This document shows, one piece after another, positions 63,858-64,000 of a stretch of 64,000 nucleotides of DNA. Each line of letters opens with the position of its first letter. Position 1 is the stretch's first letter. Source of the DNA: Treponematales bacterium (GTDB lineage Bacteria; Spirochaetota; Spirochaetia; Treponematales; JBGSOB01); the NCBI GenBank assembly GCA_041739325.1, contig JBGSOB010000123.1:14863-78862 (forward strand), written 5' to 3'. The notes beneath the pieces are model-generated. The model was not told the DNA's origin, ran no database searches, and saw only the letters and a program-made list of their open reading frames with translations. Both the position numbers and the translations under genes were made by a program.

Positions 63858-64000
63858 ATGAGCGTTACCGTATATTCCACCCCGTCCTGTCCCTATTGCG
63901 TGATGGTCAAGGATTTCCTTAAAAAGAAAAACGTGTCCTTCCAGGACTTTGACGTTTCCCGTGATGAAGCGAAGGCAATGGAAATGGTAAAGAAATCCGG
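63858..64000 (+). CDS. Glutaredoxin-like (NrdH/YruB-type) protein, truncated by the window end
   Basis: AAGGAGG RBS; MSVTVYSTPSCPYCVMVKDFLKKKNVSFQDFDVSRD. Confidence 0.9.
   Translation, partial: MSVTVYSTPSCPYCVMVKDFLKKKNVSFQDFDVSRDEAKAMEMVKKS

Overview
A roughly 57% GC (eyeballed) chromosomal segment of a motile spirochaete (Treponema/Rectinema-like), judged from the 286-aa FlaB, single-domain FlgJ, tRNA-Arg(GCG), spirochaetal lipoboxes and sigma28 promoters. It is mostly housekeeping and envelope genes: rluA-like, lgt, recG, M32 carboxypeptidase, rsmG, flgF-flgG-flgJ, three multi-TM chemoreceptors, ABC-F, rlmL-like, a streptococcal-type amiACDEF oligopeptide transporter, a 4xSer+Arg tRNA cluster, dnaX-ybaB-recR and flaB. 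No transposase, prophage or CRISPR array was seen. Strongest leads: (1) an operon whose three products all appear extracytoplasmic, comprising a PIMT-like lipoprotein, a 14-TM protein with a spermidine-synthase-like SAM domain and a transglutaminase-like enzyme; (2) a TPR-fused Bpt/ATE-like aminoacyl transferase missed by the ORF track; (3) an exosortase K-like pair with a variant MGLP sorting motif; (4) tRNA-specific anti-T-arm repeats and a MITE-like palindrome at the tRNA cluster; (5) many apparently leaderless genes, a probable ATC start codon, and sigma54, sigma28, CsrA and Crp-type sites. All family assignments come from motif recognition by eye; no database searches were run.
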